Shown piece by piece: positions 35,127-45,229 of a stretch of DNA of 64,000 nt; positions within the stretch are counted from its first letter, which is position 1, and the number at the start of each line of letters is the position of its first letter. The DNA lies in NCBI GenBank assembly GCA_047602405.1, contig JASGHJ010000002.1, positions 2,176,001 through 2,240,000 on the forward strand, in the 5' to 3' direction. A program made the translations under genes and the position numbers. The notes under the pieces are model-generated. The model was not told the origin of the DNA. It ran no database searches and saw nothing but the letters and a program-made list of their open reading frames with translations. The stretch is from Anaeromyxobacteraceae bacterium. Lineage in GTDB: Bacteria > Myxococcota > Myxococcia > Myxococcales > Anaeromyxobacteraceae.

Positions 35127-36912
35127 CTACGCGCTCCTCCGTTCCTTCGCGTCCTCGTCGAACAGCCGCTCCAGCTCCTCTCTCCCCCTCGCGGCCGTGC
35201 TCTGCAGCCGGTCGAGGTCGTTCCGGTGCTGCCAGCTCTCCTCGAGCAGCGCCTCGTCGTGCAGGCGGAACCGCTCCACCGACGCCCGCGCGCTCGCCGT
35301 CTCCTCGCCGAGCGCCTCCAGCACCTGCCCGGTGAGGTCCAGCGACGCCGCGAAGGTCTCGCGCACGATCCGGGTGATCCCGAGGCCGCGCAGCGCGTAG
35401 GCGTGCTGGCGGTTCCGGGCGCGGGCGAACACGGTGAGGTGCGGGAAGTGGTCGCGCAGGAGCTCGGCCGTGCGCACCGAGGCCGCGACGTCGTCGATGG
35501 CGAGCACGAACACCTCGGCCTTGTCGGCCCGGGCCGCGCGCAGGAGCTCGAGGCGCGAGACGTCGCCGAAGAACACCTTGTTGCCGAACCGCTGGATGAA
35601 CTCGATGTGCTCGGAGGACGCGTCGATCGCGGTGAACGGGATGCGCTTCGCCCGGAGCACGCGGGCGACCACCTGCCCCACGCGGCCGAAGCCGGCCACG
35701 ATGACCGGCGGCTCGCCGTCCGGGGCGACGTCGTAGGGGCGCGCCTCGCCGCGTCCGAGCCAGGGCCGGACGACGCGCGCGTGCAGGGCGAAGAGGCAGC
35801 GGCGTCGCCCCCATCGAGAGCGTGACCGCGAGCACGAGCACCTGGGCGAGCTCGGGGTCCATGATCCGCTGCCCGACCGCGAGCGAGAAGAGCACGAACG
35901 CGAACTCGCCGCCCTGCGCGAGCAGGACCCCGAGGGAGAGCGCGGGATCGCCCCGGCCCACGAGGAGGCGGCCCACGGCCCACCCGGCGAGCGCCTTCAG
36001 GGCGTGCATGCCGGCGACGAGCCCGAGGACGAGCAGCGGGCGATCGATCACGAGCCGGAGGTTGGCGCTCATGCCGACCGCGATGAAGAAGAGGCCGAGC
36101 AGGAGCCCCTTGAACGGCGCGATGTCCGCCTCGAGCTCGTGCCGGTACTCGGAGCCGGCGAGCAGGACGCCGGCGAGGAAGGCGCCGAGCGCCATCGAGA
36201 GCCCCGCGGCGGAGACCCCGAGGCCGGTGCCGACCACGAGGAAGAGGGACGCCGCGGTGAACAGCTCCGGGTTGCGCAGCGCGGCGAGCCGGCGGAGGAG
36301 CGGCCGCACCACCCAGCGGCTGCCGAGCGCCACGGCCGCGATGACCGCCACCGCCACGAGCCCGGTGCGCCACGCGGGCGGCGCGCCGGGCGACGCGGCC
36401 CCCCCGGGCGCGAGGAGCGGCAGCACGGCGAGCACCGGGATGACCGCGAGGTCCTGGAACAGGAGGATCCCGAACGCGGCCCGGCCGTGCGGCGCGCCGA
36501 GCTCGCGACGCTCGGAGAGCAGCTGGACCACGAGGGCGGTCGAGGAGAGGGACAGCCCGAGCCCGGCGACCAGCGCCTCCCGCCAGGGCAGCCCGAGCGC
36601 CAGCGCGCCGCCGCCGAGGAGGAGGGTCGCGCCCGCGACCTGGGCCGCGCCGAGGCCGAAGACGTCGCGCTTCAGCTCCACCAGCCGGCGGGGCTCGAGC
36701 TCGAGGCCGACCAGGAAGAGCAGGAGCACCACCCCGAACTCGGAGGCGTGCAGGACCGACTCGGGGTCACCCCCGAGCCCGAGCCCGAATGGACCGATGA
36801 CCGCCCCGGCCGCCAGGTACCCCAGGACGCTCCCGAGCCCGAGCCGGGTCGCCAGCGGGACGGCCAGCACGGCAGCCGCGAGGAACACGAACGCCTGTCG
36901 GAGAAGGTCCAA
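35127..36912 (-). CDS. CPA2-family K+ efflux antiporter with KTN domain (KefB/KefC-like); one frameshift at ~35796
   Basis: LGSVLGYL, LLFQDLAVIP, YRHELEADIAPFKGLLLGLFF, QGGEFAFV, then AGFGRVGQ and RETF in the shifted frame. Confidence 0.9.
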
Positions 36913-37012
36913 AATTCACACTCCAGGGCACTCACACCCGTGGTCCTCACGCGACGTTTCGCGCGTGCGACGGGACGGGCGCCGCGCGCGCCCTTCTTCT
37001 AAGATGCGCGCC

Positions 37013-38200
37013 ATGGCCAAGCGAATCGCAATCCTCACGGGAGGCGGGGACGTCCCCGGCCTCAACTCCGTCATCAAGTCGGTCACGTATCGCAGCGCGG
37101 AGCACAAGCTCGAGGTCGTGGGCATCCGCCGCGGGTGGGAGGGGCTCACGCACCTCGACCTCGACGATCCCGAGTCGAAGGCCCGCTACCTGTGGCCGCT
37201 CGACCGGGACAACACCCGCACCATCGACCGCACCGGCGGCACGGTGCTGCACTCGTCCCGGACGAACCCGTCCAAGATGAAGAAGCTGCCGAAGCACCTC
37301 GAGGCCCGCGCCGCGGACTTCCCGACCGCGGAGAGCACGAAGGGCGGCATCACCACCAAGACCTTCGACATCTCGAAGGCCGTCCTCAAGAACCTCGACC
37401 GGCTCGGCGTCGACTGCCTCGTCGCCATCGGCGGCGACGACACGCTCTCCTACGCCGCGAAGCTCCACGAGCTCGGCGTGAAGGTGATCGCGATCCCGAA
37501 GACGATGGACAACGACGTCCGGAACACCGAGTACTGCATCGGGTTCTCGACCGCGATCACCCGCGCGATGAGCGCCATCGAGCGGCAGCGCACGACCGTC
37601 GGCTCGCACGAGCGCATCGGCGTGTTCCGCGTGTTCGGCCGCGACGCCGGCTGGACCTCGCTCTACACCGCCTACGTCACCTCGATCCGCTGCCTGATCC
37701 CCGAGTACAAGGCGAACGTCGGCAAGCTCATCGACCTGCTCGTCGCCGAGAAGCGGGAGAACCCGTCCAACTACGCGCTCGTGATCCTCTCCGAGGGCGC
37801 CGAGTGGGAGGGCTACAAGGTGCAGGAGTACGGCGAGCCCGACGCCTACGGCCACCGCAAGAAGGCGTCCGTCGCCGAGTCGCTCGCCGACGAGATCAAG
37901 CGCCGGGCGGGCGAGGAGACCATCGTCTCCGACCTCACCTACGACCTGCGCTCCGGCGACCCGGACTTCATCGACCGCCTCACCGCCAGCACCTTCGGCA
38001 CGATGGCGTTCGACGCCGTCCTCGAGGGCAAGAGCGGCCTCATGTCGGCGCTCGTGGAGGGCCGCTACGCGATGATGCCGATCCCGGACCCGAAGCTCGG
38101 GCCCCGCAAGGTCGACGTCGCGACGATGTACAACACCGAGCGTTACCGCCCGATCTACGCGAACAAGATGGGCCTGCCGGTCTTCCTGAACCGGTCGTAG
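37013..38200 (+). CDS. 6-phosphofructokinase (PfkA family), PPi-dependent signature
   Basis: TGGGDVPGLN, GGTVLHSSR, GGDD, PKTMDND, SHER. Confidence 0.88.
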   Translation: MAKRIAILTGGGDVPGLNSVIKSVTYRSAEHKLEVVGIRRGWEGLTHLDLDDPESKARYLWPLDRDNTRTIDRTGGTVLHSSRTNPSKMKKLPKHLEARAADFPTAESTKGGITTKTFDISKAVLKNLDRLGVDCLVAIGGDDTLSYAAKLHELGVKVIAIPKTMDNDVRNTEYCIGFSTAITRAMSAIERQRTTVGSHERIGVFRVFGRDAGWTSLYTAYVTSIRCLIPEYKANVGKLIDLLVAEKRENPSNYALVILSEGAEWEGYKVQEYGEPDAYGHRKKASVAESLADEIKRRAGEETIVSDLTYDLRSGDPDFIDRLTASTFGTMAFDAVLEGKSGLMSALVEGRYAMMPIPDPKLGPRKVDVATMYNTERYRPIYANKMGLPVFLNRS

Positions 38201-38204
38201 CCGC

Positions 38205-39278
38205 CTACCGGGGAGCGGGCTCGCCCACCCGGGCGAGCCCCTCCGCGAGGTCCCGCTCGAGATCCTCGGGGTCCTCGATCCCCACGGCGAGCCGCACGAG
38301 GCCGGGCGCGGCCTCGGGGTCGTACTTCCGGCGCCACTCCGCGAGCGACTCGACGCCGCCGAGCGACGTGGCGTCGTGGAAAAGCCGCAGCGCCGCCGGC
38401 AGCGCCTTCGCCCGCTCCTCGCTCGAGAGCTCGATCGCGAGCATCGGCCCGCCGCCGCGCATCTGCGCCCTCGCGAGCGCGTGGCCGGGGTGCGAGGGCA
38501 GCGACGGGTGCCACACCCGGGCGACCCGGGGCTCGAGGAACGCCGCCAGCCGCCCCGCGGTGTCCGACTGCCGCCTGACCCGCAGGGACAGCGTCCGCAC
38601 CCCGCGGAGCGTGAGCCAGGTCTCGAGCGCGCCCATCACGCCGCCCGAGATGGTGCGCGCGTCGTGGAGCGCCTTCCCGAGCGCCGGGTCGCGGGCGACG
38701 AGCACGCCGCCGAGCGCGTCGGAGTGGCCGGCGAGGAACTTCGTGGACGCGTGCATGACGAGGTCGGCGCCGAGGGCGAGCGGCGACTGCAGCACCGGCG
38801 TCGCGAAGGTCGAGTCGACCGCGAGCGCGGCGCCGGCGGCGCGGGCCCGGACCGCGTGGGCCGCCACGTCGGCGAGCTCGCAGGTCGGGTTCTTCGGGGT
38901 CTCGAGCCAGACGAGGTCCCCCTCCCCGGGCGTCGCGTCGAGGCCGACCTCGGGGATCCCGAGCTGGGCGATGGCCGCGTGGGTCGCGTGGTAGCCGCCG
39001 CGTGCGATGGCGACCCGCCGCGGCCGGAGCTGCAGGAGGGCGGCGAAGGTCGCCGCCTGGCCGGAGGCGTAGGTGACCGCGGTGCCGCCCTCGAGCGCGG
39101 AGAGCACCGCCTCGAGCCGGCGGCGCGTGGGCTGATCCTCGCGGCTGTAGAAGAAGCCGCCGGGCGCGCCCGCCGCGAAGGTGGTCGAGACGTGGATGGG
39201 CGGCGCGACGTCGGCGGTGTCCTCGAGGCCGGCGTCGGCGTGGAGGGCGAGGGTGTCGGGGCGGTCGCGCGTGGCCAT
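38205..39278 (-). CDS. Cystathionine gamma-synthase/lyase family PLP enzyme
   Basis: PPIHVSTTF, YSR, WLETPKNP, DSTFATP, HASTKFLAGHSD, SLGGVESL. Confidence 0.88.
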   Translation of the reverse strand: MATRDRPDTLALHADAGLEDTADVAPPIHVSTTFAAGAPGGFFYSREDQPTRRRLEAVLSALEGGTAVTYASGQAATFAALLQLRPRRVAIARGGYHATHAAIAQLGIPEVGLDATPGEGDLVWLETPKNPTCELADVAAHAVRARAAGAALAVDSTFATPVLQSPLALGADLVMHASTKFLAGHSDALGGVLVARDPALGKALHDARTISGGVMGALETWLTLRGVRTLSLRVRRQSDTAGRLAAFLEPRVARVWHPSLPSHPGHALARAQMRGGGPMLAIELSSEERAKALPAALRLFHDATSLGGVESLAEWRRKYDPEAAPGLVRLAVGIEDPEDLERDLAEGLARVGEPAPR

Positions 39279-39410
39279 GCAGCGCATCCTCGGGCGAAGC
39301 GCCGCGGCCGGCAAGCGTCCCGCGCCTCCGCCTGCCCCGAGCCCGCCGGAGGGCCCGGGATCGAGAAGGACCGAGCGTCCGCGGCCGCCCTCCGCTAAGC
39401 TCCCGCCCCC

Positions 39411-39942
39411 ATGGAGCTCGTGAAGGACGACGTCGCCGCCCTGCCGGTCACGGGCCTCGACGGCAAGCAGAATCCCGCTCGGCAGCCTCTGGGCCAGGGG
39501 CCCCGCGGTGGTGGTGTTCCTGCGCCACTTCGGTTGAATGTTCTGCCGGGAGCAGGCGGTGCAGTTGCACCGCGACAGGGCCCGCTTCGACGCCGCCGGC
39601 GCGCGCATCGCGTTCGTCGGGAACGGCACCCCGATGTTCGCCCGGACCTTCCAGGAGGACTACGGCCTCGACGAGCCGGTGCTCGTCGATCCGACGAGGA
39701 AGGTCTACAGGGCGCTCGGCTTCGGCCGGCTCACGCTCGGCTCGCTCGTCTCGCCGCGGTCGGTCCTCGCCGCCGCCCGCGCCCTCGCCGGCGGCTTCAT
39801 CCAGGGCCGCACGCAGGGCGACGCGCTCCAGCTGGGCGGCGTGCTGGTGGTGAAGCCGGGCGGCGAGATCGCCTACCGGTACCGCTCGGAGTTCGCCGGC
39901 GACCACCCGAAGCACGATGACGTGCTCGCGGCGCTGGGCTAG
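39411..39942 (+). CDS. AhpC/TSA (peroxiredoxin-like) selenoprotein with UxxC; one frameshift at ~39471
   Basis: Corrected reading MELVKDDVAALPVTGLDGKQIPLGSLWARGPAVVVFLRHFG-TGA(39535-39537)-MFCREQA...DPTRKVY...QGDALQLGG; hairpin GCGGUGC-AGUU-GCACCGC at 39556-39573. Confidence 0.85.
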
Positions 39943-39966
39943 GGTCTCGCGCCCAAGGAGACGACC

Positions 39967-40212
39967 GTGCCGACCGAGGAAGACCTGAAGGCGGAGCTGG
40001 AGAAGCTGAGGGCCGAGAACGCGGCGCTGAAGGCGCGCGGCGCGAAGGGCGTCAGCATGAAGGTGAGCGAGAAGGGCGCCGTGTCCGTCTACGGCCTCGG
40101 CCGCTTCCCGGTCACGCTCTACCAGGAGCAGTGGCTGAAGCTCCTCGACATGGCCGAGGACATCCGCGGCTTCATCAAGGAGAACGAGGGCCGGCTCAAG
40201 AAGAAGGAGTAG
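39967..40212 (+). CDS. Small hypothetical protein, coiled-coil N-terminus (KVSEKGAVSVYGLGRFPVTLY motif)
   Basis: AAGGAG RBS, host-like codon usage. Confidence 0.8.
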   Translation: MPTEEDLKAELEKLRAENAALKARGAKGVSMKVSEKGAVSVYGLGRFPVTLYQEQWLKLLDMAEDIRGFIKENEGRLKKKE

Positions 40213-41017
40213 GCCAGAGCCCCTGCGTCGCGGCGAGCGCCTCGAGATCCGCGGCGAGGGCGTCCGCGGTGTGGACCACGTCCGCGCCGCCGGCGAGGAG
40301 CTCGCCGACGTCCTCCTCGAACCCGAACGGCCGGAGCGGGCAGTCGCGCAGCGCGAGCTCGAGGAGGCGCTTCTCGCCCGGGTTCGGCCGGCGGTTGAGC
40401 GCGAAGAGCACGTCGAAGGCGCTCGCGAGCAGCGCGGCCACCCGGTGGTTCACCGCGACCGCATCGCCGCGCTCGCGCGCCTTCTCGAGCTGGTGCACGC
40501 AGCTCGAGAGGTCGCGGCGCAGGAGCGGCAGGTTGAGGGCCACGACCGCGCGGCGGAGCGGCTCGGGGTACTCCGCCTGGGCCCGGGCCTTCAGCGCGGC
40601 GAGCCAGCCGTCCCGGTCGAACACCGGCTCGCAGGTGCGGACGTTGTGCCACAGGCAGGTGCTCCACCCCACCCTCGCCTCGTGCCGCACGAGCACCCGG
40701 TCGAGCTCGCCCTCGATCCACCCGCAGTCCCTGAACATCACGTCCACGTGCAGGAGCGCCTCGCGCTCGACCCACTCGTCGCCGGGCTCGAAGCGCAGGT
40801 GAAAGAGCTCGGGGTGCGCGGAGCGGTCGCGGGCGACCGCCTCGCGGTGCTCCCGCGGCACCTCGCCGCGCGCGTACACGTAGAGGTCGAGGTCGCTCTG
40901 GCCGTCCGCCGCGCCGGTCGCCTGCGAGCCGCCGACCGCGACCCCGAGGACGGCGGCGTGCTCCGCGTACCGCGCGGCGAGCTTCCGGGCGATGTCGAGG
41001 ACGAGGTGGCGGGCCAT
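40196..41017 (-). CDS. Nucleotidyltransferase-domain protein (DUF4037-like)
   Basis: GGSQATG.AD..SDLDLYVY motif; FDVLFALNRRPNPGEKRL. Confidence 0.8.
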   Translation of the reverse strand: MARHLVLDIARKLAARYAEHAAVLGVAVGGSQATGAADGQSDLDLYVYARGEVPREHREAVARDRSAHPELFHLRFEPGDEWVEREALLHVDVMFRDCGWIEGELDRVLVRHEARVGWSTCLWHNVRTCEPVFDRDGWLAALKARAQAEYPEPLRRAVVALNLPLLRRDLSSCVHQLEKARERGDAVAVNHRVAALLASAFDVLFALNRRPNPGEKRLLELALRDCPLRPFGFEEDVGELLAGGADVVHTADALAADLEALAATQGLWPTPSS

Positions 41018-41126
41018 CACCGGAGGGAATACGACGCCCTGCCCTCCGCCGGGCAGACCCGGACGGGTCGAGGGCGAACCCCCGATTTCCAGGCATCATG
41101 GTGACCCACCCGCAGGAGGTCTCGCA

Positions 41127-41813
41127 GTGAACGTTCCGCTCGGAGGCGCGCGTGCCGTCGTGTTCGACGCGTACGGCACGCTCTTCGACGTCGGGAGCGC
41201 CGCCGCCCGGGCGAAGGACGAGCTCGGCGACCGGTGGGAGGCGCTGTCGGAGACCTGGCGCGCGAAGCAGCTCCAGTACACGTGGCTGCGCTCGCTGATG
41301 GGCCGCCACGCCGACTTCTGGCGGGTCACCGGCGACGCGCTCGACTTCGCCCTCGCCGCCCACGGCCTCGGCGACCGCGGGCTCCGGGACCGGCTCATGG
41401 CGCTCTACGAGCGGCTCTCCGCGTACCCCGACGCCCGCCCGGCCCTCGAGGCGCTCCGCGGGCGGGAGCTGAAGCTCGCGGTGCTGTCGAACGGCGCGCC
41501 GCGCATGCTCGCCGCGGCCGCCGAGAGCGCCGGGCTCGCCCCGCTCCTCGACGCCCTCCTCTCGGTCGAGGAGGTCGGGATCTACAAGCCCGCGCCGTCC
41601 GTCTACCGGCTCGCCACCGAGCGCCTCGGCGCCTGGCCCTCGGAGATCGCGTTCGTGTCCTCGAACGGCTGGGACGCCGCCGGCGCGAAGGCGGCCGGCC
41701 TCCGGGTCGTCTGGTGCAACCGCGCCGGCCTGCCGGCCGAGCGCCTGCCCGACGCTCCCGACGTCGAGATCCGCTCACTCTCCGAGCTCCCCGCGCTCCT
41801 CGGGAACCCATGA
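41127..41813 (+). CDS. Haloacid dehalogenase, type II
   Basis: FDAYGTLFDV, WRAKQLQYTW, LSNG, YKP, FVSSNGWD. Confidence 0.92.
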   Translation: MNVPLGGARAVVFDAYGTLFDVGSAAARAKDELGDRWEALSETWRAKQLQYTWLRSLMGRHADFWRVTGDALDFALAAHGLGDRGLRDRLMALYERLSAYPDARPALEALRGRELKLAVLSNGAPRMLAAAAESAGLAPLLDALLSVEEVGIYKPAPSVYRLATERLGAWPSEIAFVSSNGWDAAGAKAAGLRVVWCNRAGLPAERLPDAPDVEIRSLSELPALLGNP

Positions 41814-41932
41814 GCCGGCCGCCCGGACCTCCCTCGCCTGGCCGGACCTTCGCGCCGGCCGCCCGGCCGGTCTATCCTCGCAACCAGCCCCAGAACGCCG
41901 CCCCACGCCCCCCGCGCACGGAAGGTCACGAC

Positions 41933-43684
41933 ATGTCCACCCCGCGAGTTCCCTCCCACGGCCGCCGCCAGGCGCTGAAGGCCCTGCTCGCCGGCGGCGC
42001 CGCGACGGCGGTGTTCGCCCGCGCGCTCACCGCGATGGCGGCAGGCCCGGGGCGGGTGACCGCCGAGATGGTGAAGCAGGCCGAGTGGGTCGCCGGCATC
42101 ACGCTCACCGACGCGGAGCGCGAGCTGATGCTCGCCGACCTCGCGGAGAACGGCGCCCTCCTCGACAAGCTGCGCTCGGTCGACGTGCCGAACGACGTCC
42201 CGCCGGCGGTGCACTTCAAGCCGCTCTCGGCGCCGCCGCCCGCGAAGGCCCCGGCCCCGAAGCCCTGGTTCCCGGACCGCAAGCCGTCGCGCATGCCCTC
42301 CTCCGACGAGGACCTCGCCTACGGCTCGGCGGTGGAGCTCTCCTACCTCGTGCGCAAGCGCCAGATCTCGCCGGTGGAGCTCGCGCGCCTCTCGCTCGAA
42401 CGCATGCAGCTCCTCGACACGCGGCTCGCCGCGGTGATCACCCGCACCGCCTCGCTCGGCTTCGAGCAGGCGCGCGCCGCCGAGAACGCCGCGAAGAAGG
42501 GCAACGCGGGCCCGCTCGCCGGCCTGCCCTGGGGCGCGAAGGACCTCCTCGCCGTGCCGGGCTACCCGACGACCTGGGGCACCCGCATCTACCAGAACCG
42601 CCAGCTCCCCGACGTCAGCGCCGCGGTGGTCGACAGCGTCACGGCCGCCGGCGGCGTGCTCATGGCGAAGACGGCGGTCGGCGAGCTCGCCTGGGGCGAC
42701 ACGTGGTTCGGCGGCATGACCAAGAACCCCTGGAAGCTCGACCAGGGCTCCTCCGGCTCCTCCGCCGGCTCGGCCGCGGGCGTCGCGGCGGGCTACTTCC
42801 CCTTCGCGATCGGCACCGAGACCTACGGCAGCATCCTCTCGCCCGCGACCCGCTGCGGCGTCACGGGCCTGCGGCCGACCTTCGGCCGCGTCAGCCGCCA
42901 CGGCGTGATGTCCCTCGCCTGGTCGATGGATAAGGTCGGCGTACTCGCGCGCTCCGCCGAGGACTGCGCGCTCGTCTTCTCGGTCATCCACGGCGCCGAC
43001 CCGCGCGACCCCACGTCGGAGACGCACCCCTTCCTCTGGCCGTCGGAGATCGACCTGAAGGAGCTCAAGCTCGGCTTCGTCGAGCGGCTCTTCGACGGCC
43101 CCGGCGCGGAGGTCGCGACCGCCGATCCGGCGGAGCTCGCGAAGCGGCAGCGCGCCCGCGACCAGCTCCAGTTCGACCAGGCCGTGCTCGACGTGCTCCG
43201 GCGGCTCGAGCTGAACCTCCTCCCGGTCCAGCTCGGCGGGAAGGTCCCGGCGAACGTCCTCGGCTGCATCCTCACGGCCGAGGCGGCGACCGCGTTCACC
43301 GGCCTCCTGCGCGCCGGGCGGCTCGGCGAGATGACGCGCCAGACCGCCGACGCGTGGCCGAACACCTTCCGGCAGGGCCACCTCATCACGGCCGTCGACT
43401 ACCTGCGCGCCCAGCGCGTGCGGACGCTCCTCATGCGCGAGCTCGAGGACCGCCTGCGCGACGTCGACGTGCTCGTGACGCCGACCTTCGGGGGCGACCT
43501 CCTCCTCCTCACGAACCTCACCGGGCACCCGGCCATCACCGTGCCGAACGGCTTCCACGCCGACGGCACCCCGGGCAGCATCACCTTCATCGGCAAGCTG
43601 AACGGCGAGGCGGCGATCCTGCAGGCCGCGATGGCCTACCAGGAGGCCACGCCGTTCCACAAGCGCCGCCCGCGGCTCGGCTAG
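41933..43684 (+). CDS. Amidase-signature enzyme with Tat signal peptide
   Basis: GRRQALK Tat-like motif; GAKDLL, GSSGSSAGSAA, IGTETYGSILSP. Confidence 0.88.
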   Translation: MSTPRVPSHGRRQALKALLAGGAATAVFARALTAMAAGPGRVTAEMVKQAEWVAGITLTDAERELMLADLAENGALLDKLRSVDVPNDVPPAVHFKPLSAPPPAKAPAPKPWFPDRKPSRMPSSDEDLAYGSAVELSYLVRKRQISPVELARLSLERMQLLDTRLAAVITRTASLGFEQARAAENAAKKGNAGPLAGLPWGAKDLLAVPGYPTTWGTRIYQNRQLPDVSAAVVDSVTAAGGVLMAKTAVGELAWGDTWFGGMTKNPWKLDQGSSGSSAGSAAGVAAGYFPFAIGTETYGSILSPATRCGVTGLRPTFGRVSRHGVMSLAWSMDKVGVLARSAEDCALVFSVIHGADPRDPTSETHPFLWPSEIDLKELKLGFVERLFDGPGAEVATADPAELAKRQRARDQLQFDQAVLDVLRRLELNLLPVQLGGKVPANVLGCILTAEAATAFTGLLRAGRLGEMTRQTADAWPNTFRQGHLITAVDYLRAQRVRTLLMRELEDRLRDVDVLVTPTFGGDLLLLTNLTGHPAITVPNGFHADGTPGSITFIGKLNGEAAILQAAMAYQEATPFHKRRPRLG

Positions 43685-43731
43685 CGCGCCGGCCGCGAGC
43701 CACGCCGGACCGAACCGGAGCGAAGGCGAGC

Positions 43732-44913
43732 GTGAGCCACCAGCACCTCTACCGGCGCAGCCTCGAGGGGCTCTCCGGCCGGCTCCACGCCGCCGCGCAC
43801 AGCCACCACCCGTGGCCGGACGTCAGCCGCGACGCCACGCTCGCGTGCTGGGACGACGCCGCCCGCCTGCTCGACCACAAGTGGGAGCGGATCCTCGGCG
43901 AGGTGCTGCCCGAGGCGCAGCGGCGCGTCGCCGGCGTGCTCGGCCTGCCCGACCCCGCCCAGCTGGCCTTCGGGCCGAACGTGCACGGGTTCCTGGTGCG
44001 CCTCTTCTCCTGCCTGCCCGCCGCGGGCCCGGGTGGCCGGCGCGCGCGGATCGTCTCCACCGCGAGCGAGTTCCACAGCTTCTCGCGGCAGGCGCGCCGC
44101 TGGGAGGAGGCCGGCCTCGCGGAGGTGGTGCGCGTCCCGGCCCTGCCCTTCGACGGCTTCGCCGCCCGCCTCGAGGCCGCGCTCCGCGCCGGGCCGGCCG
44201 AGCTCGTCTACGTCTCGCACGTCTTCTTCGACAGCGGCCTCGCGCAGGCCGATCTCGGCTGGCTCGCCGCCGTCCCGGAGGGCGCCCTCGTCGCGCTCGA
44301 CGGCTACCACGCGTTCCGGGCGCTCCCGGTGGACCTCGGCCCCGTGGCGCGCCGCGCGTTCTACCTCGCCGGCGGCTACAAGTACGCGCAGGCGGGCGAG
44401 GGCGTCTGCTTCGTGGCGGTCCCGCCCGGCTCGGCGGTGCGGCCCGTCGACACCGGCTGGTTCGCCGAGTTCGACGACCTCGCCGCCGCGCGCGCGGACG
44501 CGGTCGGCTACCGGCCCGACGGCGGCCGCATGATGGGCGCGACCTTCGATCCCGCCGGCCTGTACCGCCTCGTCGCCGTCGAGCGGATGCTCGAGCGCGA
44601 GGGGCTCGACGTCGCGGCCGTGCACGCCCACGTCCGCGGGCTGCAGCTCCGGTTGGTCGAGGCGCTCGCCGACCTCGGCGGCCCCTGGCGCGCGGGCGAA
44701 AGCCCGCTGTTGCCCGCGGGGCTCCCGTGGCACGGCCACTTCCTCGCGTTCGAGGTCGGCGACGCGCAGGGCTTCCTGCGCGGGCTCGAGGCCCAGGGGG
44801 TGCTCGCCGACGCCCGCGGCCCCCGGCTCCGGCTCGGGCTCGGCCTGTACCACGACGAGGCCGACGTGGACCGGCTGGCCCGGGCCGTGCGAGCCGTGGC
44901 GCGGGGCGGCTGA
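43732..44913 (+). CDS. Class V aminotransferase / kynureninase-like PLP enzyme
   Basis: AAHSHHPWPD, EFHS, DGYH, GGYKYAQAGEG, GWF. Confidence 0.8.
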   Translation: MSHQHLYRRSLEGLSGRLHAAAHSHHPWPDVSRDATLACWDDAARLLDHKWERILGEVLPEAQRRVAGVLGLPDPAQLAFGPNVHGFLVRLFSCLPAAGPGGRRARIVSTASEFHSFSRQARRWEEAGLAEVVRVPALPFDGFAARLEAALRAGPAELVYVSHVFFDSGLAQADLGWLAAVPEGALVALDGYHAFRALPVDLGPVARRAFYLAGGYKYAQAGEGVCFVAVPPGSAVRPVDTGWFAEFDDLAAARADAVGYRPDGGRMMGATFDPAGLYRLVAVERMLEREGLDVAAVHAHVRGLQLRLVEALADLGGPWRAGESPLLPAGLPWHGHFLAFEVGDAQGFLRGLEAQGVLADARGPRLRLGLGLYHDEADVDRLARAVRAVARGG

Positions 44914-44916
44914 GCC

Positions 44917-45120
44917 TCACCAGCGCAGGTCCCGGAGCGCGATCCAGGGCGACGGCGGCTCGCAGCGGGGCCGCCTCGCCGGCGCGTCCTCCCGGCGGAC
45001 GAGGTAGAGCGCGGCGCGGGCCATCGCACCCGCGGCGCCCGCGCGCTCCGGCTCCGCCCGGACCCGCGGGGTGGGCTCGAGCGGCTGGGTCGGCTGGAAC
45101 TTCGAGGCGGCTTCGGCCAT
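44917..45120 (-). CDS. Small hypothetical protein
   Basis: 67-aa ORF with GAAGGGAG RBS; fills an otherwise empty gap. Confidence 0.45.
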   Translation of the reverse strand: MAEAASKFQPTQPLEPTPRVRAEPERAGAAGAMARAALYLVRREDAPARRPRCEPPSPWIALRDLRW

Positions 45121-45229
45121 GACGGGCTCCCTTCGTGCTGCGTGAGCCCGGATCCTGGCCCCCGCGCGCGCGCCGCGCGCCGGGATGATCCGCGCGCGGG
45201 GGGCGCGCCGATGCCCGCCCCCGGCGGGG

